IMG/VR virus record: IMGVR_UViG_2740892443_000002 | Length of the DNA: 22,057 nt | DNA from: a virus | Taxonomy: Duplodnaviria > Heunggongvirae > Uroviricota > Caudoviricetes | Reading direction: 5' to 3' (one strand) | Shown: piece after piece, positions 1-8,889 of the stretch | How the letters are laid out: every line of letters begins with the position of its first letter | Numbering within the stretch: position 1 is the stretch's first letter | Program-made: the position numbers and the translations under genes | The notes under the pieces: generated by a model | The model's database searches: none | What the model was told of the DNA's origin: nothing | The model's input: the letters and a program-made list of their open reading frames with translations, nothing else

Positions 1-1032
1 TCAAAAACTTGCTATTGATGTTGGTAGTGTTGCCAGCGGATTAAACCGTAATGCAGTTTCTAGGTGATCCGGTGCTAGATGTGCGTAACGCATAGTCATT
101 TTTATGTCGTGATGTCCGAGGATTTTTTGCAAAGCAAGGATATTTCCACCCGACATCATAAAATGCGCCGCAAACGTATGGCGCAGAACGTGTGTCAGTT
201 GACCGCGAGGGAGCACGATAGACGTTTTTTCCATCACGGATAAAAATTGAAAATAGCAGTCTGTGAAGAAATTGAACCCATCGAGCGCCATGATCTCTTC
301 GTAAAGCTCTTTACTGATAGGGATGCTTCTGTTTTTCTTCCCCTTCGTTCTGACAAAGGTAATTCGGTATTTGGTCACCTGTGAGCGGGTAAGGTTTATT
401 GCTTCTCGCCAGCGTGCGCCTGTGCTTAAGCATATCTTGACTACCAGTGCCAGAATTGGGTCCTGACGTTTGCAATCATCCAGCAGTTCAACAATCTGCT
501 CATGGGTAAGCCATGCCATCTCTTTTTCTGCGATGGTGAATTTTCGCATGTTCTCCAGTGGGTTTGGATACGACCATTCGCCCAGGCGGGATAGTTCGCT
601 AAAAACACTACTTAGATAGCTTTGCTCCAGGTTAATGGTGACCGGGCTGGCCCCTTTCTTCCATTTCTCGCTGAAGTAGATCTCACCTGTCAGTCGTTTA
701 TCTCGATAATGGGCAAACATTTTAGATGTGAGATCGGTTGCAAGGGGATTGCCCAGAGCGTCAACCATCAGCAGCAATTTGTCATAGACATGCTGCCCAG
801 CAGTCAGAGATTTACCATGTAGTTTGAACCATAGCTCAACCACGTCTTTCAGGGTTCGACGATCTACTGATTCGCCCAGCCAGGGCTTTGCTTCGGTTTC
901 TTCCATCGTATGACGCTCAAAAGCCAGTGCTTCGCCTTTGGTGGCGAATTGTTTACGCACACGACGCCCACTACGTCCGGCGGGGTAACATTCGCAAAGC
1001 CATTTTCCTGTGGTGAGTTTTCGTACTGCCAT
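1..1032 (-). CDS. int: Tyrosine integrase, P2/186 type (343 aa from ATG at 1030-1032; stop at 1-3)
   Basis: ORF translation starting MAVRKLTTGKW... parallels remembered P2 Int N-terminus (MAIKKLDDGRYEVD...RKF..K.EA.AFE) and has the C-terminal catalytic region (LRHTFAAHF...MRYAHL) typical of tyrosine recombinases. The ORF-track start upstream is probably a non-ATG artefact. Confidence 0.9.
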   Translation of the reverse strand: MAVRKLTTGKWLCECYPAGRSGRRVRKQFATKGEALAFERHTMEETEAKPWLGESVDRRTLKDVVELWFKLHGKSLTAGQHVYDKLLLMVDALGNPLATDLTSKMFAHYRDKRLTGEIYFSEKWKKGASPVTINLEQSYLSSVFSELSRLGEWSYPNPLENMRKFTIAEKEMAWLTHEQIVELLDDCKRQDPILALVVKICLSTGARWREAINLTRSQVTKYRITFVRTKGKKNRSIPISKELYEEIMALDGFNFFTDCYFQFLSVMEKTSIVLPRGQLTHVLRHTFAAHFMMSGGNILALQKILGHHDIKMTMRYAHLAPDHLETALRFNPLATLPTSIASF

Positions 1033-1218
1033 AAAAAATGCCCTCCAATAGAGAGCATTTTTACTGTATGTATAACCAGTGTCAATGTATGAAATCTTGC
1101 GACCATACATCTCACTGAAGCCATAATGAAGTTGGCTATTTTTTGCTATGTGAGTATGTGACTTTTGCGGTTAGCCTGCGGCTCATTGTTATATTAGGCG
1201 CAGATATAAAAGCAAAAA

Positions 1219-1410
1219 TTATCGCGAGTTTTTAGTACAGATTTTTTTTGATTTACTAATAGTTCCATCATTGCAAACGAACTTTCCATCGGAGGTACAG
1301 TGAGAGACACCTCCCTTTTTTCCAGAACAAGGATAATTTTTAGCATAGGTAGTTAGTGGGTTTAATAACAAAGAGCATGATAAAACCACAAAAAATACCT
1401 TACCAAGCAT
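1219..1410 (-). CDS. Small secreted cysteine-rich protein (63 aa; signal peptide plus ~40 aa mature peptide with 4 Cys), probable moron
   Basis: ATG at 1408-1410 preceded on the minus strand by GGGAGGA Shine-Dalgarno (plus 1414-1420). N-terminus [23 protein letters not shown] looks like a signal peptide; mature part has C-x8-C-x7-C-x11-C. Lies between cI and int on the same strand. AT-rich. Confidence 0.55.
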   Translation of the reverse strand: MLGKVFFVVLSCSLLLNPLTTYAKNYPCSGKKGGVSHCTSDGKFVCNDGTISKSKKICTKNSR

Positions 1411-1425
1411 AGTTTCCTCCCGGTA

Positions 1426-1995
1426 TTACCTAACGTACTTAATTGTTAAACTTATAATTTTTCCAATTATTTCAACATCTTCTATCTTGCACTCGAAGGA
1501 TCTGTTTCCACCTTCAACGAAGATTCTTCCACCGGGTAAACGAGTAATGTCGCGGATTGTTATTTCGCCATCAATACTTATTACCCATTTACCATCACGT
1601 ATATCATCAAATTCTTTATCACAAATAAATTCAGAATTGTTATCTGTGATGACAAAAGGTTTTTTAAACGTAGAGGGTAGAAATCCCTTATCAAAAATAT
1701 AAAAACCGTCTTCACGCAAGGCACCATCAGATAATACATATTTAGCAACTTCCATCGTATTTGTATTACCTGAAGTTTGCTTTGAACCATGTCCAGTTGT
1801 GAGCCAATTAAGCGAGGTGCCCGTTTCAAGGGCGCACTGGATTACCCATTCTGCTGGGAATGAGTCACGCATGTAGCGTGTAGCGAGTGTACTTTTAGAG
1901 ATTCCTAAATGATCGCACAACGCCTGTCGAGTTTTGAATCCATAAGCTTCTACCATGCGCTCTATAGCGCCTCGTCCGCCTTTCTCCAAATTCAT
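1426..1995 (-). CDS. cI: 186-type CI immunity repressor (189 aa from ATG at 1993-1995; a GTG two codons upstream is an alternative start)
   Basis: Translation (…ERMVEAYGFKTRQALCDHLGISKSTLATRYMRDSFPAEWVIQCALETGTSLNWLTTGHG…) closely parallels the remembered phage 186 CI sequence (…DRICEAYGFSQKIQLANHFDIASSSLSNRYTRGAISYDFAAHCALETGANLQWLLTGEG…) and is the same length class (~190 aa). GGAG precedes the ATG on the minus strand. Confidence 0.85.
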   Translation of the reverse strand: MNLEKGGRGAIERMVEAYGFKTRQALCDHLGISKSTLATRYMRDSFPAEWVIQCALETGTSLNWLTTGHGSKQTSGNTNTMEVAKYVLSDGALREDGFYIFDKGFLPSTFKKPFVITDNNSEFICDKEFDDIRDGKWVISIDGEITIRDITRLPGGRIFVEGGNRSFECKIEDVEIIGKIISLTIKYVR

Positions 1996-2019
1996 GGTCA
2001 CTCCAAGTGAACTTTTATC

Positions 2020-2048
2020 TTGACGATTTCATAGTGCGATCGTATGTT
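2020..2048 (+). promoter_or_regulatory. Candidate rightward lytic promoter (pR-like): -35 TTGACG (2020-2025), 17-bp spacer, -10 TATGTT (2043-2048)
   Basis: Read directly in the cI-apl intergenic region; spacing and hexamers fit sigma-70. Orientation toward apl/cII fits the 186 switch. No operator sites could be assigned. Confidence 0.4.
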
Positions 2049-2120
2049 TATGGTGTTCACAAAATACAAACGATCCGTATTCGTCCTGATTAATCATCAT
2101 TAAACGAGGAATGTTGCATC

Positions 2121-2342
2121 ATGAGACCTAACATTTCAATCACTCTTACCACGCCTCATGTGACTATTGAACGCTATAGCGAGCTGACAGGACTGTCCAT
2201 CGATACCATCAATGACATGTTGGCTGATGGACGCCTTATCCGTCACCGTTTGCGCAAAGATAAAAAACGCGAAAAAGTGATGATCAACATAGCAGCCATG
2301 ACCGTTGATGCGCTTTCAGAATGCAATCTAAACCTTAATTAG
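2121..2342 (+). CDS. apl: Apl/Cox-like small DNA-binding protein (excisionase and switch regulator), 73 aa
   Basis: First gene transcribed divergently from cI, immediately upstream of cII, as in phage 186; small basic protein with HTH-like segment ([21 protein letters not shown]). GAGGA precedes ATG at 2121. Assignment by position and size, not by remembered sequence. Confidence 0.65.
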   Translation: MRPNISITLTTPHVTIERYSELTGLSIDTINDMLADGRLIRHRLRKDKKREKVMINIAAMTVDALSECNLNLN

Positions 2343-2374
2343 TTCGATTCTGAAATACATCAGAGGCATTGACC

Positions 2375-2884
2375 ATGTTTGATTACCAAGTTTCCAAACA
2401 TCCACATTTTGATGAAGCCTGTCGTGCATTTGCACTGCGCCACAATCTGGTGCAACTGGCAGAACGTGCAGGCATGAATGTGCAGATTCTGCGGAACAAG
2501 CTGAACCCAGCTCAGCCTCATTTATTAACCGCACCAGAAATCTGGCTGCTTACCGATCTGACTGAAGATTCAACGCTGGTAGATGGTTTTCTGGCACAGA
2601 TTCACTGCCTGCCATGTGTACCGATTAATGAGGTTGCAAAAGAGAAACTGCCGCATTACGTCATGAGCGCAACTGCAGAGATCGGACGTGTTGCAGCAGG
2701 TGCGGTATCTGGTGATGTAAAAACTAGTGCCGGTCGTCGTGATGCTATCAGCAGCATTAACTCTGTAACACGACTGATGGCGCTGGCTGCTGTTTCATTG
2801 CAGGCCCGTTTACAGGCTAATCCTGCGATGGCGAGTGCAGTTGATACCGTGATTGGCCTCGGTGCTTCATTCGGTTTGCTGTGA
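2375..2884 (+). CDS. cII: 186-type CII lysogeny-establishment activator (169 aa from ATG at 2375)
   Basis: Translation [24 protein letters not shown]...[25 protein letters not shown]... is near-identical in pattern to remembered 186 CII ([24 protein letters not shown]...), same length (169 aa). Confidence 0.85.
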   Translation: MFDYQVSKHPHFDEACRAFALRHNLVQLAERAGMNVQILRNKLNPAQPHLLTAPEIWLLTDLTEDSTLVDGFLAQIHCLPCVPINEVAKEKLPHYVMSATAEIGRVAAGAVSGDVKTSAGRRDAISSINSVTRLMALAAVSLQARLQANPAMASAVDTVIGLGASFGLL

Positions 2885-2891
2885 GGTGCTT

Positions 2892-3092
2892 ATGCTGACG
2901 AAAGAACCATCATTTGCATCGCTGCTGGTAAAACAAAGCCCGGCAATGCACTACGGTCACGGCTGGATCATGGGTGAGGATGGTAAACGCTGGCATCCGT
3001 GCCGTTCACAAGATGAATTGCTGGCAGAACTATCTACGAAAAAACGGGGGAACAAATGGCTATTGAAGGCGCTGCGGCGACTGTTCCATTAA
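2892..3092 (+). CDS. Hypothetical early protein (66 aa)
   Basis: ATG at 2892 preceded by GAGGTG; sits where 186 carries fil/dhr-type small early genes, but no sequence-level recognition. Confidence 0.4.
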   Translation: MLTKEPSFASLLVKQSPAMHYGHGWIMGEDGKRWHPCRSQDELLAELSTKKRGNKWLLKALRRLFH

Positions 3093-3397
3093 GCCCCGGT
3101 GAACGCCTGAATGGACTTAATCACATAGCGGAATTAAGGGCAAAAGTTTTTGGCCTGAATATTGAGTCAGAGCTTGAGCGGTTTATTAAAGATATGCGTG
3201 ATCCACGGGATATCAATAACGAACAAAATAAACGAGCACTGGCAGCCATATTCTTTATGGCAAAAATTCCGGCTGAACGTCATAGCATCAGCATCAATGA
3301 GCTGACCACTGACGAAAAGCGGGAGTTGATTAAAGCAATGAATCATTTTCGTGCAGTGGTGAGCTTATTTCCCAGACGGCTAACCATGCCGAATTAA
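3056..3397 (+). CDS. Hypothetical early protein (113 aa)
   Basis: ORF with upstream GGGG purine tract, overlaps the previous ORF by 37 nt in another frame; same strand as the early operon. Function unknown. Confidence 0.45.
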   Translation: MAIEGAAATVPLSPGERLNGLNHIAELRAKVFGLNIESELERFIKDMRDPRDINNEQNKRALAAIFFMAKIPAERHSISINELTTDEKRELIKAMNHFRAVVSLFPRRLTMPN

Positions 3398-3464
3398 CCA
3401 ACTAATGAAATTAATGGCGTAAACCCGCCGAGCATCCCTTTATCTAAATTCAGGAGAATTGATT

Positions 3465-3698
3465 ATGCGTAATATTGAGATCCTCACGACTAAAACCGGA
3501 TCGGATGATGCAGGGCTTAATATTTTACTGACAGTGGCTCGTCTGGAAGAACGCCGGGCAAGGGCTGAAGCAATGGCAGCTCGCCTTGATAGCCTGGCGT
3601 GTCATATCTCATCCCGTCAGCTAAACCACGTGGAAGCAGCAGAACTACTGCGTGTAACTGCTGAAGCAATCCAGAACGAAGCGCAGGAGATCCACTAA
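3465..3698 (+). CDS. Hypothetical early protein (77 aa from ATG at 3465)
   Basis: AGGAG at 3453-3457 with 7-nt spacing to ATG 3465; the ORF-track start at 3459 is a TTG. Stop overlaps the next gene start (TAATG). Confidence 0.5.
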   Translation: MRNIEILTTKTGSDDAGLNILLTVARLEERRARAEAMAARLDSLACHISSRQLNHVEAAELLRVTAEAIQNEAQEIH

Positions 3699-3925
3699 TG
3701 GCTGATGCAATGGATCTCGTACAGCAGCGCGTTGAAGAAGAACGCCAGCGCCATATTCGTGCTGCCCGTGCCAAAACACCGGGCGTGTCTCGCGTGCTTT
3801 GTATTGAATGTGAAGCGCCAATTCCGCCAGCACGACGCCGCGCCATTCCGGGAGTGCAGCTTTGCATTACCTGCCAGGAAATCGCAGAGCTGAAAGACAA
3901 ACATTACAACGGAGGTGCTGTATGA
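3698..3925 (+). CDS. TraR/DksA-family C4 zinc-finger protein (75 aa)
   Basis: C-x2-C-x17-C-x2-C (CIECEAPIPPARRRAIPGVQLCITC) in a ~75 aa protein is the TraR/DksA zinc-finger signature, common in P2-like early operons. Translationally coupled to neighbours. Confidence 0.7.
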   Translation: MADAMDLVQQRVEEERQRHIRAARAKTPGVSRVLCIECEAPIPPARRRAIPGVQLCITCQEIAELKDKHYNGGAV

Positions 3926-4779
3926 GCACCATCCTGAAATGGGCGGGAAATAAAACCGCCATTATGTCCGAACTGAAAAAACACCTTCCTGCTGGCCCGC
4001 GACTGGTTGAACCTTTCGCGGGTTCCTGTGCTGTGATGATGGAGACGGATTACCCCAGCTATCTGGTTGCGGATATTAATCCTGATTTAATCAACCTCTA
4101 TAAAAAGGTTGCCGCTGATTGTGAATCGTTTATATCTCGCGCCAGAGTTTTATTTGAGATCGCAAACAGGGAGGTGGCTTATTACAACATAAGGCAGGAG
4201 TTTAATTACTCCACTGAAATTACTGATTTCATGAAAGCGGTATATTTCCTGTATCTCAATCGTCACGGTTACCGTGGTTTATGTCGCTATAACAAGAGCG
4301 GGCATTTCAACATTCCCTACGGTAATTATAAAAATCCGTATTTCCCTGAAAAAGAAATTCGCGCATTTGCAGAAAAGGCCCAGCGAGCAACGTTTATCTG
4401 CGCCAGCTTTGATGAAACGCTGGCGATGTTGAAGGCGGGGGATGTGGTGTATTGCGATCCGCCGTATGACGGTACGTTTTCCGGCTATCACACTGACGGC
4501 TTCACTGAAGATGACCAGTATCACCTGGCATCTGTTCTTGAACATCGGTCATCAGAAGGACATCCGGTCATTGTTTCTAACAGTGACACATCCCTGATCC
4601 GTTCGCTGTATCGCAATTTTACTCACCACTACATCAAGGCAAAACGCAGCATCGGTGTGGCAGCTGGCGAGGGTAAATCAGCAACAGAAATCATTGCTGT
4701 TTCCGGGCCGCGCTGCTGGGTGGGATTTGATTATTCGCGTGGCGTGGATAGTTCTGCCGTGTACGGAGTACGTGCATGA
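3922..4779 (+). CDS. dam: DNA N6-adenine methyltransferase, Dam family (285 aa from ATG at 3922)
   Basis: N-terminal LKWAGNK and FAGSCAV (AdoMet-binding motif I region) and catalytic DPPY ([10 protein letters not shown]) motifs read in the translation. ATGA overlap with both upstream and downstream genes. Confidence 0.85.
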   Translation: MSTILKWAGNKTAIMSELKKHLPAGPRLVEPFAGSCAVMMETDYPSYLVADINPDLINLYKKVAADCESFISRARVLFEIANREVAYYNIRQEFNYSTEITDFMKAVYFLYLNRHGYRGLCRYNKSGHFNIPYGNYKNPYFPEKEIRAFAEKAQRATFICASFDETLAMLKAGDVVYCDPPYDGTFSGYHTDGFTEDDQYHLASVLEHRSSEGHPVIVSNSDTSLIRSLYRNFTHHYIKAKRSIGVAAGEGKSATEIIAVSGPRCWVGFDYSRGVDSSAVYGVRA

Positions 4780-7190
4780 GTCATGCCGATATGAACAACT
4801 GCTGCGGCTTTAACGAGGCTGCCGCAGCATTCTCATGGAACAGCCCGAAAAAGGCCATTAACCCTTATCTGGACCCGGCGGAAGTTGCGCCGGTTTCTAC
4901 GCTTTCAAACCTGATCACTCTGTACGCTGCCGATAACGAGCAGGAACAGTTGCGCCGCGAGACACTGAGTGATCAGGTCTGGGAGCGTTATTTCTTTAAT
5001 GAATCACGTGATCCTGTCCAGCGCGAAATGGAGCAGGATAAGCTCATTAGCCGGGCAAAGCTGGCGCATGAGCAGCAGCGTTTTAATTCAGACATGGTCA
5101 TTCTGGCGGACGTCAACGCCAAGCCTTCCCATATCAGCAAGCCGCTGATGCAACGTATTGAATACTTCAGCAGCCTGGGCAGGCCAAAGGCTTATTCCCG
5201 CTATTTACGTGAGACGATTAAGCCATGTCTGGAACGACTGGAGCATGTACGCGACAGTCAGCTATCTGCATCTTTTCGCTTTATGGCAAGCCATGAAGGG
5301 CTGGACGGCCTGCTGATCCTGCCTGAAATGAGTCAGGATCAGGTGAAACGCCTGTCCACCCTGGTAGCTGCGCATATGAGTATGTGCCTTGATGCAGCTT
5401 GTGGTGATTTGTATGCCACCGATGACGTTAAGCCAGAAGAAATCCGCAAGACATGGGAAAAGGTGGCAGCGGAAACCCTGCGTCTGGATGTCATCCCACC
5501 TGCGTTTGAGCAACTCCGTCGGAAAAGAAACCGCCGTAAACCCGTGCCCTATGAACTCATTCCGGGTTCGCTGGCGCGTATGTTGTGCGCCGACTGGTGG
5601 TATCGGAAATTATGGAAGATGCGTTGCGAATGGCGGGAAGAGCAGTTGCGCGCTGTTTGCCTGGTCAGCAAAAAAGCATCTCCTTATGTCAGCTATGAAG
5701 CCGTGATGCATAAACGTGAGCAGCGCCGTAAGTCGCTGGAGTTTTTCCGTTCTCATGAACTGGTGAACGAAGACGGCGACACGCTGGACATGGAGGATGT
5801 GGTAAACGCCAGCAGCAGCAACCCTGCGCATCGCCGCAATGAGATGATGGCCTGTGTTAAAGGTCTGGAGCTTATCGCGGAAATGCGCGGTGACTGCGCC
5901 GTTTTCTACACTATCACCTGTCCGTCGCGTTTCCATTCCACGCTAAATAACGGCAGACCAAACCCGACCTGGACAAACGCGACGGTAAGACAAAGCAGCG
6001 ATTATCTGGTCGGCATGTTTGCTGCATTTCGTAAGGCGATGCACAAAGCCGGGTTGCGCTGGTATGGCGTGCGGGTGGCTGAGCCGCATCATGATGGCAC
6101 AGTTCACTGGCACCTGTTGTGTTTCATGCGCAAAAAAGACCGCCGTGCCATCACTGCATTACTGCGTAAGTTTGCCATCCGTGAAGACCGCGAGGAGCTG
6201 GGCAATAACACTGGGCCGCGCTTTAAGTCTGAGTTGATTAACCCGCGCAAAGGAACGCCGACAAGCTACATCGCGAAATATATCAGTAAGAACATTGACG
6301 GTCGTGGTCTGGCTGGCGAGATCAGCAAGGAAACGGGTAAATCTCTGCGTGATAACGCTGAATACGTGAATGCCTGGGCGTCTCTGCATCGTGTTCAGCA
6401 ATTCCGCTTCTTTGGTATTCCGGGGCGTCAGGCTTACCGTGAACTTCGCTTGCTGGCTGGTCAGGCGGCAAGGCAACAGGGTGACAAAAAAGCAGGTGCG
6501 CCGGTACTGGATAACCCGCGTCTTGATGCCATTCTGGCTGCTGCTGATGCTGGTTGTTTTGCCACCTACATCATGAAGCAGGGCGGCGTACTGGTTCCCC
6601 GTAAATATCACCTCATCAGAACCGCTTATGAAATCAACGAAGAGCCGACCGCCTATGGCGATCACGGCATTCGTATTTATGGCATCTGGTCACCCATTGC
6701 AGAGGGCAAGATCTGCACTCATGCAGTGAAGTGGAAAATGGTTCGTAAAGCCGTTGACGTTCAGGAGGCGGCAGCCGACCAGGGCGCTTGCGCCCCTTGG
6801 ACTCGTGGCAATAACTGTCCCCTTGCTGAAAATTTGAACCAACAGGAGAAAGATAAATCAGCAGATGGGGATACCAGAACTGATATTACCTGCATGGATG
6901 ACAAGGAATTGCACGATTACCTGCACAATATGAGCAAAAAAGAGCGCCGGGAACTGGCAGCAAGATTACGCCTGGTTAAACCGAAACGGCGTAAAGACTA
7001 CAAACAGCGAATTACAGAGCATCAGCGTCAGCAGCTCGTCTATGAACTGAAGTCCAGAGGATTTGATGGCAGCGAGAAAGAGGTCGATTTGCTCCTTCGC
7101 GGTGGCAGTATTCCGTCAGGAGCAGGCCTGCGTATCTTCTATCGGAACCAGCGTTTGCAGGAAGATGATAAGTGGCGGAACCTGTATTAA
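4776..7190 (+). CDS. A: Rolling-circle replication initiator, P2 gpA family (804 aa)
   Basis: Large protein at the position of P2/186 gene A, with a paired-tyrosine motif YIAKYISK (nt 6265-6288; Y-x3-Y) as in P2 gpA / phiX174 gpA-type nicking endonucleases. Confidence 0.85.
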   Translation: MSHADMNNCCGFNEAAAAFSWNSPKKAINPYLDPAEVAPVSTLSNLITLYAADNEQEQLRRETLSDQVWERYFFNESRDPVQREMEQDKLISRAKLAHEQQRFNSDMVILADVNAKPSHISKPLMQRIEYFSSLGRPKAYSRYLRETIKPCLERLEHVRDSQLSASFRFMASHEGLDGLLILPEMSQDQVKRLSTLVAAHMSMCLDAACGDLYATDDVKPEEIRKTWEKVAAETLRLDVIPPAFEQLRRKRNRRKPVPYELIPGSLARMLCADWWYRKLWKMRCEWREEQLRAVCLVSKKASPYVSYEAVMHKREQRRKSLEFFRSHELVNEDGDTLDMEDVVNASSSNPAHRRNEMMACVKGLELIAEMRGDCAVFYTITCPSRFHSTLNNGRPNPTWTNATVRQSSDYLVGMFAAFRKAMHKAGLRWYGVRVAEPHHDGTVHWHLLCFMRKKDRRAITALLRKFAIREDREELGNNTGPRFKSELINPRKGTPTSYIAKYISKNIDGRGLAGEISKETGKSLRDNAEYVNAWASLHRVQQFRFFGIPGRQAYRELRLLAGQAARQQGDKKAGAPVLDNPRLDAILAAADAGCFATYIMKQGGVLVPRKYHLIRTAYEINEEPTAYGDHGIRIYGIWSPIAEGKICTHAVKWKMVRKAVDVQEAAADQGACAPWTRGNNCPLAENLNQQEKDKSADGDTRTDITCMDDKELHDYLHNMSKKERRELAARLRLVKPKRRKDYKQRITEHQRQQLVYELKSRGFDGSEKEVDLLLRGGSIPSGAGLRIFYRNQRLQEDDKWRNLY

Positions 7191-7282
7191 TTACGCGGGT
7201 TAACAATTCGTGCTCTTAATAATACCAGGCATATCAGGCTGATGAACGTAAAAAAACGTTTTACATCAGTAAGATTATTATA

Positions 7283-7302
7283 TACTGTAAATATAAACAG
7301 TG
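7283..7302. promoter_or_regulatory. LexA (SOS) box: TACTGTAAATATAAACAGTG (CTGT-N8-ACAG)
   Basis: Exact CTGT-N8-ACAG with AT-rich spacer, read at 7285-7300; overlaps a possible promoter (-35 TTTACA 7260-7265, 17-bp spacer, -10 TACTGT 7283-7288) about 45 bp upstream of the ORF at 7344. Confidence 0.6.
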
Positions 7303-7343
7303 TTTGTGCATACAGTATTGCTTGTGGTGTCATAGGAGGAAAG

Positions 7344-7532
7344 ATGCAGGACTATTTTTTGGAGTCTTTGAAGCTCCAGCGCATTGATTTTTTTCTTAAG
7401 CTTGTAGCGGCTAGTGAGTGTAGTGATGAAGAGAAGGGGCTGGCTCTGCAGTGGGTTTCTGAATTGACTGATGAACTCATGGCAAAAATCAGAAGCCACG
7501 AATACAACCGCTCAATGGATGTCATCAGCTGA
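7344..7532 (+). CDS. Small protein (62 aa) downstream of the LexA box; possibly the 5' part of a split tum-like antirepressor gene
   Basis: ATG at 7344 preceded by AGGAGG. The longer ORF-track start at 7242 would run through the LexA box and is rejected. Relationship to 186 tum is inferred from position and from the adjacent DinI-like gene. Confidence 0.5.
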   Translation: MQDYFLESLKLQRIDFFLKLVAASECSDEEKGLALQWVSELTDELMAKIRSHEYNRSMDVIS

Positions 7533-7542
7533 GGTGACTTTT

Positions 7543-7776
7543 ATGCGCATTGAAATAATGATCGATAAAGAGCAGAAGATTAGCCAGTCTACCCTGGACG
7601 CTCTGGAGTCCGAGCTTTACCGCAACCTGCAACCCATCTATCCCAAGACAGCTATCCGCATCCGTAAAGGGTCGGCAAACGGCGTTGAGCTGAGTGGCTT
7701 AAAGCTTGATGAAGACAAAACGCGGGTGATGGAAATTATGCAGCAGGTTTGGGAAGACGACAGCTGGCTGCACTAA
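7543..7776 (+). CDS. DinI-family protein (77 aa from ATG at 7543)
   Basis: Translation MRIEIMIDKEQKISQSTLDALESELYRNLQPIYPK...DEDKTRVMEIMQQVWEDDSWL aligns along its length with remembered E. coli DinI (MRIEVTIAK...AIDALAGELSRRIQYAFPD...KEDKQRISEILQETWESADDWF). GAGGTG at 7531-7536 precedes the ATG. Confidence 0.85.
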   Translation: MRIEIMIDKEQKISQSTLDALESELYRNLQPIYPKTAIRIRKGSANGVELSGLKLDEDKTRVMEIMQQVWEDDSWLH

Positions 7777-7849
7777 GGAACGTTCCTGATGTAAGAACTT
7801 GATTCTGACGTCAGCAAGGTTGAACAACGAGAGTAGCGAGGCGTTAGCC

Positions 7850-8110
7850 ATGGGTAAAAAAGACAGTAATCACCAGATTATTTATCGGGGCCAGGTGCTG
7901 GAACGGTTTACCCCTGGCGGCTGGGTCTTCTTTCAACGCCCAAAGGAGTGTGGCGGAGGTTTTTGGTTGGGCCGCACCTATGAAGACTGCTTCTGGCTTG
8001 AGCTGGAATTCCCCGTTTCGCTATATGACGGCCTGGAGTTTTTGATGGAAGTCACCAGGGTAGAGCAGAGAAGTGATGAGGTTGACGCGAATTATTCCCT
8101 GTTTGATTAA
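7850..8110 (+). CDS. Hypothetical protein (86 aa from ATG at 7850)
   Basis: GAGG at 7838-7841 about 8 nt before ATG 7850; ORF-track start at 7799 is TTG. No recognisable family. Confidence 0.45.
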   Translation: MGKKDSNHQIIYRGQVLERFTPGGWVFFQRPKECGGGFWLGRTYEDCFWLELEFPVSLYDGLEFLMEVTRVEQRSDEVDANYSLFD

Positions 8111-8158
8111 AAATGTATTAGCTTATAATGGAATACTATTTTTGCAGGTGGGGGCGCA

Positions 8159-8770
8159 ATGGATTTAGTCTTTAAAATTCTGGCTTCGTTGGGTGGGGTG
8201 TCTTTTGTTGCATCTGGCATATTTGTTTGGATCGGGAAAGTTTATTTAGAAAGATATAAGTCGCGGCTAAACAAAGATATTGCTGAATTTCAATCACAAC
8301 TGAGTGCAACTAATGAAAGAATAAAGGCTAAGTTAGACAATTCTGTTTATGTAACGAAAGCGTATTTTGATAAGGAGTTATCAGCATATAGTCTCATTTG
8401 GAATTCGATGTTTGAAACCAGAGAAAGCGTGCTTAAGCTGAGGCCTGCGCTGGATCATTTTGACCCCAACGAACCATTTGAAGAGAGAAAATTTAGAAGG
8501 TTGAAAGTTTTTTTCGATGCATTTAATACTTTTGTTACAAGTGTTGAGTCTAACAAACCGTTCATCTCACCAGAGGTTTATATAATCTTGGACCGTTTCC
8601 GGAAGGAATGCTTTTCAGAGTCAATATCGTTTCAGCATGGCGATCCAGAATTTGACTGGCAAAATTATTGGAAAGAGGCAGAGTTGAATCGTACAACCAT
8701 CATCAAGCTTTTTGATGAGACGTGTGATGCAATTCGAGACAGGATGCACACATTAACTGTGGTTACGTAG
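8159..8770 (+). CDS. Membrane-anchored protein (203 aa): one N-terminal transmembrane helix, coiled-coil-like segment, C-terminal domain of unknown function; cargo gene, candidate defence function
   Basis: Hydrophobic stretch ILASLGGVSFVASGIFVWIG near the N-terminus; AT-rich codon usage unlike the flanking prophage genes; own -10 TATAAT at 8124-8129 and a downstream hairpin terminator at 8862-8889. Confidence 0.7.
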   Translation: MDLVFKILASLGGVSFVASGIFVWIGKVYLERYKSRLNKDIAEFQSQLSATNERIKAKLDNSVYVTKAYFDKELSAYSLIWNSMFETRESVLKLRPALDHFDPNEPFEERKFRRLKVFFDAFNTFVTSVESNKPFISPEVYIILDRFRKECFSESISFQHGDPEFDWQNYWKEAELNRTTIIKLFDETCDAIRDRMHTLTVVT

Positions 8771-8861
8771 TTTTCCAAAAAGTCTCGATGCCCGCTTTGG
8801 CGATTGTGCATGTCTATGCCGCATGAATCCGCATGATCGTTTGAGGATCGTTTTAGCTGAG

Positions 8862-8889
8862 GCCCGCTAGGAATGGCGGGCTTTTGCTT
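8862..8889 (+). terminator. Intrinsic terminator candidate: GCCCGC-TAGGAATG-GCGGGC followed by TTTTGCTT
   Basis: 6-bp GC stem (8862-8867 / 8876-8881), 8-nt loop, T-rich tail 8882-8889; lies about 90 nt downstream of the 8159-8770 gene. Confidence 0.45.

Noticed and set aside
622-1124. Small ORFs (66, 86, 60 aa) overlapping the integrase gene
   Set aside because: Nested within or antisense to int; no independent signals.
3517-3904. Minus-strand ORFs (127, 69, 62 aa) across the 3459-3925 region
   Set aside because: Antisense to coupled plus-strand early genes; Arg/Ser-rich translations; no support.
7242-7532. Longer 96-aa version of the ORF starting at 7242
   Set aside because: It would read through the LexA box and promoter region; the internal ATG at 7344 has an AGGAGG ribosome-binding site, so the shorter ORF is preferred.
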